DNA from: Selaginella moellendorffii | Taxonomy: Eukaryota > Plantae > Lycopodiophyta | Assembly (NCBI RefSeq): GCF_000143415.4 | Contig: NW_003314316.1 | Location: forward strand, 1,279,796-1,343,795 | Length of the DNA stretch: 64,000 bases | Reading direction: 5' to 3' | Shown: in pieces, positions 51,900 through 64,000 of the stretch | Numbering within the stretch: position 1 is the first letter of the stretch | How the letters are laid out: each line of letters starts with the position of its first letter | The notes under the pieces: generated by a model | Told to the model about the DNA's origin: nothing | The model's input: the letters and a program-made list of their open reading frames with translations, nothing else | Databases searched by the model: none | Made by a program: the position numbers and the translations under genes

Positions 51900-52500
51900 C
51901 TTGCATGTGAGGAAACCCTGGATAACCACAGCGAAATCTTCCAAGAACTTGATAAGTCTTCAAGAGTATCAACGATTGCCTTACAAGTCTCATTCCTAGT
52001 CACAGTACTTTCGCTGATTCTGTAGAGCTCTAAGAGTGTGATATACTTCTGCTCCGTTTCATAGCTTGTACAAAGTACAAGCAACCCAGATTTGCACAAA
52101 AACTGCTCTACGATAGCTGGTATCTTGCTTTCGAATGTGATGGTGTAGGAGATGCACAATACTATTAAATGTTGTCTTTCATGGGCTTGATATCTAGCCT
52201 GAATAAAGAACTTGCTCTAGCTCGTCAAACATTTCTTGCATGATCCTCATTTGTAGTTTCTCTGGGATCAAAGCTTGCTTCCCAGCCTCATCAAGGTTGC
52301 ACATCAGTTACTCTTGTTATATTTTTCTACTCTACTGTTGAGAAGCTTCACTAAGATGCACTCCCACTTCTTGGCTATCGACACCATCTTTTCTCGTTGA
52401 TCTATGTTCATTAACTCATCTTTAGTCTCATGGAGCTTCACATTGATGAGGAGCATAATTTCTACAAGAGACCAATTTGGCATGTGATCTCTTGGTAGTA
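51900..52500 (-). pseudogene. Degenerate trihelix/Myb-SANT-like gene, possibly transposon-derived
   Basis: PNWSLVEIMLLINVK...MVSIAKKWECILVKL pattern. A downstream segment resembles a trihelix C-terminal helix (AIVDTLEDLSSS). Stops and frameshifts present. Confidence 0.45.
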
Positions 52501-52975
52501 AAGTTCTTGCTTTTGTTAGTGACGGCCTTAGCAGTAGCAACATGAAGAGATGGCCCAGACCCGTCAGCAGTAAAAGCAACCTCAGTAGCAACAAGAAAAT
52601 TTCTTCCATTGAAAGCTTTTCTATTACTTTGAAAGTTCTAAAAATGCTTGTTTACCTCTAAAGTTCTTTTTATGTATGTTGCTCCTCATAAAAGATCCTT
52701 GGCAAGCACAAGAACTGATAGTGCTAGAACTTCCAAGGAATGGAGGATGTGTTCTTCCATAACAAAGCAAAAATTCACACTTTAAGTGGAAAAATTGATA
52801 AATCACTTTTTTACATAGAATTCTTGCTCGTATAGTTGTTCCCAACTTCTGGCAACAAATTGACGCGCTCCCAATTTCCCACTACAAAGCAATTCAATCA
52901 ATCCACACTAAGAACCAAAATTTGTACTAAGAGCTAACATATCTTAAATCAATTAATCTGATCTGACCAGCAATT

Positions 52976-53104
52976 NNNNNNNNNNNNNNNNNNNNNNNNN
53001 NNNNNNNNNNNNNNNNNNNNNNNNNNNNNNNNNNNNNNNNNNNNNNNNNNNNNNNNNNNNNNNNNNNNNNNNNNNNNNNNNNNNNNNNNNNNNNNNNNNN
53101 NNNN
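52976..53104. other. Assembly gap (129 N)
   Basis: Run of N. Confidence 1.
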
Positions 53105-53233
53105 NTAATGGTAAATGGTATGAATTAAGTTTTTATTAATGACATATTTTATTTATAATTTGAAGAGCAAAAGGGATCATGGGATCAAAGTTGATGACTT
53201 AACTAGGAGTTAATGACTGTTATTTATTCAGAC

Positions 53234-53528
53234 TTTCTATGAGAAAGAGAAAGAGTGAGCCATATAAATTGTTGAAAATTGATATTTTACTAGTTCTTAT
53301 GTTTATATATAGATCTGGAAATATTGAGAATCCAAAAGCACCCACTTTCCTATTTTAATAACCAACTTATGATTTGGGGGATCAAAGAGTTATTAAAATA
53401 GGAAAGTATAAATTATTTTCCCTTTTATAAGTGCTTTTGGATTCCAGACACATATATAAACATAAGAACTAATAAAATATCATTTTTTAGCAATTTAGAT
53501 GGCTCACTCTTTCTCTTTCTCAAAGAAG
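53234..53528. repeat. Long imperfect inverted repeat / foldback (MITE-like)
   Basis: TGAGAAAGAGAAAGAGTGAGCCAT pairs with ATGGCTCACTCTTTCTCTTTCTCA. AGTTCTTATGTTTATATAT pairs with ATATATAAACATAAGAACT. GAATCCAAAAGCAC pairs with GTGCTTTTGGATTC. TTTCCTATTTTAATAAC pairs with GTTATTAAAATAGGAAA. Confidence 0.85.
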
Positions 53529-56500
53529 AACATGTATCTCACATATTAGTAGGAGGAAGCAAATATCACTAAAACACATCCATCATATTACTTACAAGAG
53601 TAATTTCAATATTATACAACTTTTCTAAGTGAAAAAAGTTGAGGTAAAGGCCTTTGAGGTAGAAGTAGAGGTTGTTTTCAAGTGGATGATGTTAGGTCAT
53701 AGTAAATACATCATGAGTTTATAAAGTTCTTAGATCAATTTTCACTTTTCTTGCAAGTTTGAGTGCAAAAAGCTTGCTTAGTATCCTAACCAATTTGATG
53801 GGGGAAGCTGAAAAATTCATGTAAGTGTTGATATTTCTCAATAATGAATATTGGGTAAATTAGTGGAGATGAAACTTTAACTTGTGCATTTTCATCTAGC
53901 TAGCATAAGTAAATCTTTGGAACATATCCCATTCTCATAGCGGAAAACTTATAAACAAAAGTCTATATGTAAAAGCTTTTTATATGTAACTCTTTTTCCT
54001 TTGTATGTTAGGCACATTCTGTGAAATATAAGTATTATTCTTGCATTCAATATAGACTTGCAATAAGAACACTACATTAGATTGATGGCTAGGGCTGTTT
54101 GTTTTTTCTTGCTTGGGTGTGTTGTCATCCATATATAGTGCTATTAGCAAGTAGCAACAAATGCCTTCAAAGGGTAAAACTATAATTTATATATTATGTC
54201 AGAAAGGTTTTCATTAATGAAAAGTATCATTCCATGCAAAAGTTACAATCAATGCCAAAAATAAATAAACTCCTCCCCAAGTTATGTGATATGTAATGTT
54301 ATAAAACTATATGGAGCATCGACTCACAAAAAAAGTTATAACTCTGAAAATAAGCAAATAAAATACTTATAGCTAAGGTTCTTCTCAAAATGTGAGATGT
54401 GAAGTTATTCACCATTGCTATGCACACAGCTTCACTTTACATATTGCCATTAGTTGCTTAAGCTTATATTTCTCAACATAATTTAGAGGAGGAGGAGGTG
54501 ATGACTTGCATTTGGAGATTTTAATCTCTAAGCCTTGCATTGAGATAATGAGTTTATCCTTAAATTTTAAAAACATAGGAAATTAATTTTATATATAAGT
54601 TGTAGCATAATGTTTCATAAGTCTATTTCTAACACTCTTATGAGCCTTATATTGTGTAACCTAAATATCATTATAAAGTTCCTTAAACACTTTTATGAGT
54701 TTAGAGCTTCTACCTTCACCATCAAAGCCTTCACCTCCATCTACACCATGTAATGTGGAGTATCCACCATAGCCTTGACCAATTGGAGCCTTCATGATGT
54801 TACATAAAATTTGCTCATTTGTGAATTTGCATCACACTTGAAGCTCTTCATTCACCATTTTATTCCTAATCTCCTTGTGTTGCACTTCCTCACATAGAGG
54901 CACCTCCTCACATGGAAGCACATCGTCCACCTCCTTAGTTTTGTCTTTCCTCACATAAGTCACATTTTCCATTTCCTTATATTGCACTTTTTCCTCCATC
55001 TCCTCATATTGCATATAGAAGCATCTCCTCTGCCTCCTCATATGAAGGCACCTTCTCTATTTTCGTGTGTTGCACCTCCTCATATGGAGGGAGCTCTGAA
55101 TCCTTTAGCATCTAGGAGTTCTAGATTTTCCAGCACTTCATGAGACTCAAGCTCTAAATCTTACTTTTCACGTCATACAATATAAAATTGTGTTCTAGGC
55201 TCCATTGCCCCACTACATAAGTTCTAAAAGAGTTAGCAAACAAATTCTAACACATTGAATTGAATCCTTACATTTCAATGGCAATCATTACACCATTTGT
55301 AGTGATGAAAACTCTAACTAGTGCATGTTTTTAAAGTGTTGGTGCAATTTCTTTTAATATCTCCATTTCAATAGGATCCTCCACCAGTGGTGTTTTTATG
55401 TGATTTGTAGTGGAGTTGATTCTTCCACAATTTGTAAAGGACCAAGATCTTGTTGAAAAAATGCATATGTTTTGTGGATCTGGGGAATAGAATATAATAT
55501 GGTCCTCGATATTGAAGCCATATGTACATGAATAACATGCCCATTCTAAGCCTAAAAATTCACAATACCCACCTCAATAGAGCATGAATGTTTCTCTTAG
55601 GAAACAAAAATAATAACAAATGTGTCAATAGGTAGAAATTTATTATGCCACCCACAAATTAGTATTCCCGTACATGAATTAGAACCATGCATGGTTGATC
55701 TATAAATATTGCCTCTAAATCTCCATTTACACTTTGCATAAAACACAGGTTCATATTGTTTACTATATATTTTAAAGCTTATCAGCAAAAGACTAGCTTG
55801 AAAGTATGTTTGCGTGAGTGTGGTCATGTATATGTATAGGTTGAGCAAATTCAGCAAAGTGGAGGGCATCACCCATATGCCCCCTTCCACGTCATATAAA
55901 CACATGCATAATTGACACATAAAGAATCATTACAACCACTTGTGTATAACTATAACATTCCAATGCCCCACAATTATGCTCACTGCAATGAGCATAAAAC
56001 TTATACCAATGAAAAAAGCTAAATAAATGAAAAATTACCCCACACAATAACTATCTCTATGTATTGCAATATGCCCAAGAAAAGAAACAAAAAGCCTTGA
56101 CCAACAATCTAATATAAACTCCAACCTTAAGTCCACAATCAATGCAAGAACAATGCCTATATCACGTGGGAATAGCACAATATGCCCAAAACACAAAGGA
56201 ACGAGAGTTACAAGTATTTGCAATCTCACTTAACCTTGATCAATATATGCTAATCTTCAAGTGCCAACATCACTCCTAAATAGCACACATGAAAGAATGG
56301 AAGTCATAACTGCTTGCATACAAAGACCTCTCACCCAAACCCTAATCAATGCATGCTCCTACTCTTCATCACACCCACCAATATGTAAAATTTGCTTTTG
56401 AAGCATATCATGCCCACATCACACCTAAGATTGTGGGAAAGCTGTTGTTCTTGGCTGGATATAAAGGAAGTGCAATACTAAAGACAAAAAAAACTTCACT

Positions 56501-57075
56501 AGATTTTTTGTGATGTCTATGTGGCAGGTTTAAATGGCATACAAATCACATTTTAATCATATAAAATGATGTACTTTAAATTCTGTTGATTCCATATCAT
56601 CATATTTTCTTGTAGTGTTAGTGATATAAAAAACATATTTAACTTTACTTTTACTACATAGGCCTTGCAAAACACCTCTGATATCTTGGATCAAACTTCC
56701 ATGCTTAGTCACCTAAAACAGTACTTTTAGAAGTTCAGACTCTTAAACAACTTTAAGTAGCCTTTTATGGTCTTATTAAACGTATTATTCCCCAGGAGTA
56801 ATGGATATTTCTGCACACCCACATTGGCAAGTTGCATCAAACACAATCACTTAGCAAGTTGGCCTCAAACACAATCACGTTTCCCCAATAACTAGCACAA
56901 CTCCACCAAAAAAATATCAATAGCATTACCCCTTGATCTTGCCACTATGGAGAACAAAACGTGCCATGATACTAGTTTATATTTTCGAAGCGCAACTACA
57001 CATGAAATTCGAAAAGTCAACAATCATTTTCCAGGATATAGCTTTCTAACATCAATCGGCGCTGGTGGTGATTGC

Positions 57076-59170
57076 ATGGCAGCAAAAAGTTTGGCCGAGG
57101 CAATTCGAATCTCAGACAAAGTTGCCGCAAGGTCCACGAACACAAACTCGAGCAAGGTCTGTAGGAACCAATGTAGGATCTTCTTAGCAGCGGTCGACCA
57201 TGTCGGAGACTACCTCAAGCGAATCCAGGATCTCAACTTCACGAGCACTGGGACAGCTTTCGTGTGGGACGAAACCGTGGCTGTCCTTAAGAGAGGCCTC
57301 CATCTCCTCAAGTCGTGCCAAGAAGGCAATTGGATCGCGCGGAGCCTGCTGTTCAAGGAAAGCTGCGATGAGTTCCAGAGCATTTATACCGTCCACCTCG
57401 GTAAGATCCAAGATTGCCAAAGCTTACAACTCGTGCCTCATGAGGCAAAACTCGAACAGCATGCTGGAAGAAGCCGGAAGGAATGACAGGAAGGCGCTCA
57501 TGGCTCTCGCAATGAGCCAAGAGCCGGGAAGCCTGACGACCGAGAGCGAGCAAGCCAAAGAGATACTTTGCTCCATGCTCCTGGGAAACAAGTCAGTGAT
57601 TAACCACAAGGAACTCAAGCTGACAACACACCTGGGACAAGGCGGTTTCGGAACCGTGTACGAAGCAATCTGGCTCGGTCACAAGTTTGCAGTGAAAGTC
57701 TTCCCTCAAGGTGACAAGAGCTTCGCCAAAGAGCTCGCGGTTCTCGAAGCGGACAAGCATCCCAACGTGTTGCACATCGCCGGTCATTCTTTCGATGAAG
57801 AGAAGCAGCGGTACTCGCTGGTGATGGAGAAGATGGACATGGACCTGGCAAACTACGTCCTCAAGAAGAACTCTCTCCCGTTGCTGTCGATCGTGGCAGT
57901 GATGCTCCAAGTTGCTACTGGCATGGCGTGGCTTCACTCGAAGAATATAATCCACCGGGACCTCAAGCCGCAGAACATCTTGGTTGGCGAAGAAGACAAC
58001 GATCTCGTGAGTATCAGGATTGCCGACTTTGGAGTCTCGAGGCCAAACTTCATCTCCTCCCAGATCGAAGCCGTTAGCATCCAAGGCACCAGGAACTTCA
58101 TGGCACCGGAGGCGTGGAGCAGCGAGCGCTACACGAAAAAGGCCGACGTTTACAGCTACGGGATGCTGATTTACCAGCTTGTCACTGGAAACGTTCCGTT
58201 CGAGGACGGGATGGACATGGAGCAAGTCCTTCGAGGCAAGCGTCCTGAGATACCAGCCACCTGTCCAGAGTTCCTGTCGCAGCTCATGCGGGAATGCTGG
58301 AGCCACGATGCGAAAGAGAGGCCTTCCTTCTCGGATATCTGCGAGCGGCTGAAGCAGCTCAAGACCAGGATCATCACTGGCATCGAGTCCATCGACGAGT
58401 TACGGGTCAAGTTGGTTGAAGTAGCCGGGTCGTCTTCCTCTTCTTCGTACTCGTCGTCTTCCTCATCCTCGTCGCACAGCAGGACTCGAGTGAACCTGGA
58501 TTCTCTTGTCCAAGCGACTGAAGGGCTTTGGACCAAAAATCCTCCATCTCCCCTTGTACAGGTAAACTCTTTTGTTTTTAGTAACTTCCGGTGCTCATCG
58601 TGTTTAGTTTCAGCCGGTACCACACCGTCCTCAGCACTTCGCACCAGTAGCAAAACCGGATAACAGGACCGAGCTCTTCGAACTGGTGAAGAACGGCCTC
58701 GTCAGAAACGCCTTCGAGAAAGCTCTGTCCCTGAACGATCCTTCCATGGTCTGGTGGCTTTGCACCAAGGTAATCCATTCACGTCCTCCAGCTGCTCATC
58801 AAAGCTTTGTCAGCTCAGGTGGAGCATACCGTCCTGCTTGTCTTCAGTGAATCAATGCTCATGGAACTGGCCGAGCAAATCAACACCAACTTCAAGGAAG
58901 ACACTGCTCGCAGGTTGCTCTGGATCGACGAGATTGGCATCTTGCTGTTCAAAGACGTCAATGGACAGGCATGGTCATCACCTCGGGTGCTGAGGATCTT
59001 GGAGCAGCTTTCACAGAACTTCCACGGCATGATGGCTATAACACCGCCAAAGAGCGAGCTGGGGATGAAGCTGGCGAACATGCTGGGCGGCACCAACGTG
59101 GGTCTCCAGGTTCGTATGAAGCTCTTCATGTTATTCATTTGATTCAAATCGTTTGTCGTTGCAGCATATC
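57076..59170 (+). pseudogene. Kinase-fusion gene copy 5: ~50-nt deletion/frameshift at ~57388, and last exon interrupted by Gypsy A3 (it resumes at 63960)
   Basis: CATTTAT|ACCGTCCACC junction. Kinase and C-terminal exons are nearly identical to copy 1. Sequence after 63960 (GTTGCAGTGACAGACAAAGTTCAACACATG) matches the copy-1 last exon. Confidence 0.85.
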
Positions 59171-62100
59171 TGTTAGGCACCAGCTTTGACTACGTGGTCA
59201 ACATCGGTCAAAGGGTATATGAAGGCATGTTAGGGTAAGGGATTTAACCTACCCTAGGGCTCACAGTGGAGTGGCGGTGCAGTGGAGCTTTTGAGGTAGC
59301 TCAGGGGTGGTTGGGTGGTGAGGAACCTCAAGAGGTGGCGTAGCATAATCTAGGGCAACTAGATTTTTGTCTTTTTGCGCCGGATCATAACATTAGTATT
59401 AGAGAAGTTGGTTGCGATGGCCGACCAAGTTGAACGCTGGAATCCTATTGTCGATGGTGGTGCCAACAATGGTGCTGACGAAGCTGCGGAGATTTGGACC
59501 ATTCAAGATGTGGTTCATGAGCTGCGAGCCCTTAACCGAAATCAGTAAGAGATGCAAGACGAGATGCATGGCATGATGGATACCATGCGTGGGCGTGTTG
59601 AGGCACTCGAGGCTGGACGGGGTAGCGCTCCAAGTAAGCCTTCTTTGGTAGATCGACTCAAAATTCCAAATTTTTCCGGTGATGGTGGTGTGGATGAGTG
59701 TCTCACTTGGCTAGCCAATGTGAAGAAGTTCTTGGCTGCTAGAGGAACTCCAGATGCAGAGGCTTTAGTGGCTATTCCGATGGTTTTGCGTGATGCGGGT
59801 TTTCGATGGTGGAATTGGCTTGAGGAGTCCCGTGTTGTGGATAAGAAACCACCAGTGTCTACCATGGATGAGTTTGAGGCTGCTTTTCATTTATGTTTTG
59901 CCCCTCATTACGACATGGAGAATGCTCGTACAGAACTTTGACATTTCCAGCAAGGGAAAATGATGCTCGGGGACTATATTGAGAAGCTTACTCGCTTGAT
60001 TAGTCATGTTCCAATGAAGGATCCAGATCAGAACAAGTCCTACTTCATTGATGGCCTACATAGTGAGAGCATGCGGCAACACTTGCGTCATTCTCAGCCT
60101 ACAAAGAGTTTGAAGGAGCTCTTTGATGTGGCTCGTCGACTTGACAATGATAAGCACAAGTCTCGCAAGCGTTCGCGGAGTCCTTCTGTCGAGAATCGTC
60201 GTGATGATCACCATGGACACAAGGATGGGAACAAGCATCACAAATTGAAGTCAGTGGTGACTACTTCGGATGCAAAGGGGTCCAAGAAGCAGAAGTTCTT
60301 TGTGAAGAATTATAGACAAGGTTGTCATCATTGCAGCGAATTTGGACACTACAAGGCTGATTGTCCGCAGTTGAAGAACAAGCAGCAGGACAAAAAGAAT
60401 GGCCAATCTTCTTCTCACGGTAAGTTCGATACTAAAAAGTTGTAAACTTTGCAGCGTGAGGATGAGGAGAACGACCATTCCGGTTGGAGGAAGCGACTTT
60501 CGATCGTTGCTCATCAGCTCAACTGTGTGTGGAACAAGATGGAGCTCGAGGATATGCGTGAATCAACTTTAATGTTGGAGGGTGTGTTCCGTGGCGATCC
60601 AATGCGGATTTTACTAGATAGTGGGAGCGATAACAACTTTGTTTCTGCTGCGGAGCATGGCCTGGTCACACGTGGAGTTCTTCCATACACAGTGGAAGGT
60701 GCAGCCACCTTTACTCAACATTTCGATGCTTGTGTCGAGGGGCTGGAAGTGTTGGTTGGCAAAACCACACTTGTGGAGACTTTTTATCTCACGGATATCC
60801 ATCGTGTGGATCTCATTCTTGGGATGCCATGGTTGGCAAAGGTGGATCCAGAGATAAAGTGGAGCATTAAGCGTATCTCGCTGGAGTATGGTGGCGTTAA
60901 AGATGTGTGGTTTGGCGAGGGCGTTCAACCACCAGTTGTTATGCTCTCTGCTACATCTTTGAAACGGGCTTGTCATAATAAAAAAGCACTTTCAAGTTAC
61001 TTGCTGTTTGTTCGTGACTTGGGGGACCAAGGCACGTGTGGGGGAGAAGCAGCAGTACAGGATATATTTGACGAGTTTTCTGATGTTTTTCCATATGAAC
61101 TTCCTCATGGATTACCTCCGTTACGAGGTGTGGAGCATGGGATTACATTGGAGTCGGGGATGCGGCCAATTTACCAGTGTCCATTTTGGTTAAGTTATGC
61201 GCAGGAGCAAGAAGTTCAACGACAAGTCAAGGAGTTACTTGAGTTTGGATTTATTCAGCCAAGTAAGTCTCCGTTTGGTGCTCCAGTCTTGCTTGTGAAG
61301 AAGAAAGACGGTTCAATGCGGTGAAGGACAAGATTTACCGTGCTTTAAACAAGAAGACAGTGAAGGACAAGATGCCGATGCCACGTGTGGATGATATCCT
61401 GGACAAGCTTGGTGAAGCACGAGTGTTTACTAAGATTGATCTGAGGAGTGGATATCATCAGATTGCAATGGATGATGCATCTATCTCCAAGACGGCATTC
61501 AACACAAGTTTCGGACATTTTGAGTTTACCGTTATGCCGTTTGGTTTGACGAATGCACTGGCCACATTTACTCAGTTGATGACGGAGGTATTTGGGCGTT
61601 ATCTTCATGAGTTTGTGAAGATTTTCTTGGACGATATTCTTGTTTTTAGCAAGAATATGGAGGAGCATAGGGTGCATTTGCGCAAGGTTCTTTTGTTACT
61701 TTGAGATAGCAAACTTTATGCGAAGAAGAGCAAATGTGAATTTGCAAAGTCGGAGGTGGAATATCTAGGCCATATTGTGACATCTAAGGGTGTCAAGACA
61801 GATCCAAGGAAGGTGGCTATGGTGGAAAACTGGCCTACACTGACTACAGTGGCCGAGTTGTGCAGTTTTCTTGGTATGGCTAGTTACTACCGACGTTTCC
61901 AGCATAAGTTTGCAGAGGTGGCTATTCCTTTGACGTGGTTGTTACGCAAGAATGTGCCATTCGAGTGGAAGAAGCCACAAGAGGAGAGTTTTGTAGCGCT
62001 GAAATGATTGTTGAGCGAGGCTCTAGTGCTTCGCATTGCTGATCCATTGAAACCTTACGAGGTGACATGCGATGTGAGTGGTTATGCACTGGGAGGAGTT

Positions 62101-63959
62101 TTTATGCAAGAGGGACAGCCTATTGCATGTGAGAGTCGAACTTTGAATTCCGCAAAGCAATGTTATTCCACATATGAGCAAGAGTTACTCTCTATTGTTC
62201 ATGCTTTGTAGACGTGGCGGCACTATCTTTATGGTGCAGTGTTCGTGGTGTTGACAGATCACAAACCACTTGTGTATCTTTTCACACAGAAGGAGTTGAA
62301 CACTAGACAAGCTCGTTGGATGGTCAAACTCATGGAGTTTGGGGAGTTTCCTATTGAGCATTGTCCGGGAAAATCCAATGTGGTGGCAGATGCTTTATCT
62401 CGTGTTCGTCATATGACGACATTACAAACACGATTTTGTCATCATTTGAGTAAGGTGGTCAGTGGGTTTGGACAGTTGGTTGAGCATGCTCAGGCTCAGG
62501 ATGCTGAGGTGGCCTCTTTGCGTGACCAGATGGAAGCTCCTTTCTCATTGGTGGATGGGATTCTCTATTACAATGGCCGTGTATATTTGCCACGGGTGGA
62601 TGCGTTAATTACTCAAGTTTTATTCCACTATCATGATCGTCCAGAGGCCAGTCATTTTGGGGGGAAGAAGATGTATAAATTGATTAAGCGCAACTTTTAT
62701 TGGAGGAATATGAAGGCTGATATCCTCAAGTATTGCAAATCATGCGAGCTTTGTCAGCGGGTTAAGGTGCCACGAGAGAAGCTGGGGGGACTTTTGCAAC
62801 CTTTACCTATTCCTCAGAGCCGTTGGTGTAGTATCTCTATGGACTTCATCACTTGTTTGCCACGAACATAGAGGCAAAAGGAGCAAGTATGGGTTATAGT
62901 GGATCGGTTGACAAAGTATGTGCGGTTGTTGGCTCTTCGGAAGATTGTCACTGCCTCAGACTTGGCTGCGGTTTACTTGGAGAAGGTTTTTCCTGATTTT
63001 GGTTTGCCAGAGGACATCATTAGTGATCGAGATTCAAAGTTCACCAGTGGATTTTGGAAAAGCTTTGCAAAGGTTATACAAGTGACTTTGAAACTCTCGA
63101 GTGGAGATCATCCTTAGACGGATGGGCAAACCGAGCGTGTAAATCAAATGGTGGAGGATATGCTACATTGTAGCATTGGTCAAAGGCAAGGACAGTGGGA
63201 TTTTTATCTTCCGTTGGTGCAATTTGCTTACAACAATAGCCAACACAGTGGAACCAAGCTAAGTCCTTACTTTGCCATGTTTGGAAGGCATCCTCAAATA
63301 GTAGTGGAGTTGGGATTGCATTTGAGTAAAGACATTCAAGATAAGCTTGATTCCAAGGCAACTGATCTGGCCACAGAACTTGATGAGATCTTGGTGGTGT
63401 GCAAACAAAATTTGCAAGCAGCTCAGGATAGAGCGGAGAAGTTTGCCAATGAGCATCACCAATTCCGGGAATATAAGGTGGGTGGTCTGATCTTTGTGCG
63501 CGTGATCTTTCTGTCAAGTGAGCGGCAGAACACCTTGGTGCCTTTACAGACAGGGAAGAGTGATAAACTTTCCCATCGATATGCTAGTCCATATGAAGTG
63601 TTGGAGCACTTTGGTAAAGTGGCTTATCGGGTGTGGCTGCCAACTAGGGTGAAAATTCATCCGGTATTTTATGTCAGCCAGTTGAAAGGTGTACTATCTC
63701 AGAGTGACGGGCCCAATGCCTCCTTGATGTATACAGCTGTGGAAGATGGACCAGAAGCTTGAGTAGGATTCCCCAGAAAGGGTGATCACAAATACAACTC
63801 GTCCTTGGGACAAGGACTTTGTTGGGGGGGAAGAATTGTTAGGTGCCAGCTTTGACTACGTGGTCAACGTCGAGTTAGTTTGGGGTTGGTTGGTCGGTGA
63901 GGTGGCGTAGCATAGTCTAGGGCAACTAGATTTTTGTCTTTTTGCGCCGGATCATAACA
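59171..63959 (+). mobile_element. Ty3/Gypsy family A copy 3. 5' LTR 59171-59392, shortened 3' LTR 63837-63959
   Basis: TSD ATATC/GTATC (1 mismatch; the empty site GCAGCGTATCC is in copy 1). Gag-PR-RT-RH-IN order with many stops. Confidence 0.95.
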
Positions 63960-64000
63960 GTATCTGAGTTGCAGTGACAGACAAAGTTCAACACATGAGA

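Noticed and set aside
53240-53262. Resemblance of the hairpin arm to miR156 (…AGAGTGAGC)
   Set aside because: Only the 3' half matches, the 5' seed differs, and the sequence is low-complexity purine.
55250-56300. Possible decayed Harbinger-like transposase on the minus strand
   Set aside because: Only vague similarity. No DDE motifs or TIRs could be identified by eye.

Overview
Eukaryotic land-plant genomic DNA. The very short (~50 nt) GT-AG introns and compact genes suggest a lycophyte such as Selaginella, which is an inference. The left end holds two ordinary genes facing each other: the 3' part of a subtilase (+) and a complete VPS18 (-). From ~9 kb onward the window is a rapidly evolving, TE-rich tandem array of one unusual spliced gene family, with 5 near-full copies (3 apparently intact) and 2 fragments. 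After splicing, each copy encodes an N-terminal plant-MLKL/HeLo-like helical domain, a kinase with all catalytic motifs, a Ser-rich linker and a C-terminal domain resembling the C-terminus of the decapping scaffold VARICOSE/EDC4/Ge-1. That last domain is the most variable part between paralogs. This looks like a candidate kinase-fusion immune receptor cluster with an integrated decapping-complex domain. A small antisense partner gene follows three of the copies. The array grew by segmental duplication with a breakpoint inside VPS18. It contains three related short-LTR Gypsy elements with TSDs, a complete PIF/Harbinger element in a kinase promoter, and a Copia element carrying a Gypsy fragment plus a nested chromovirus. 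Domain assignments come from motif recall, not from database searches.
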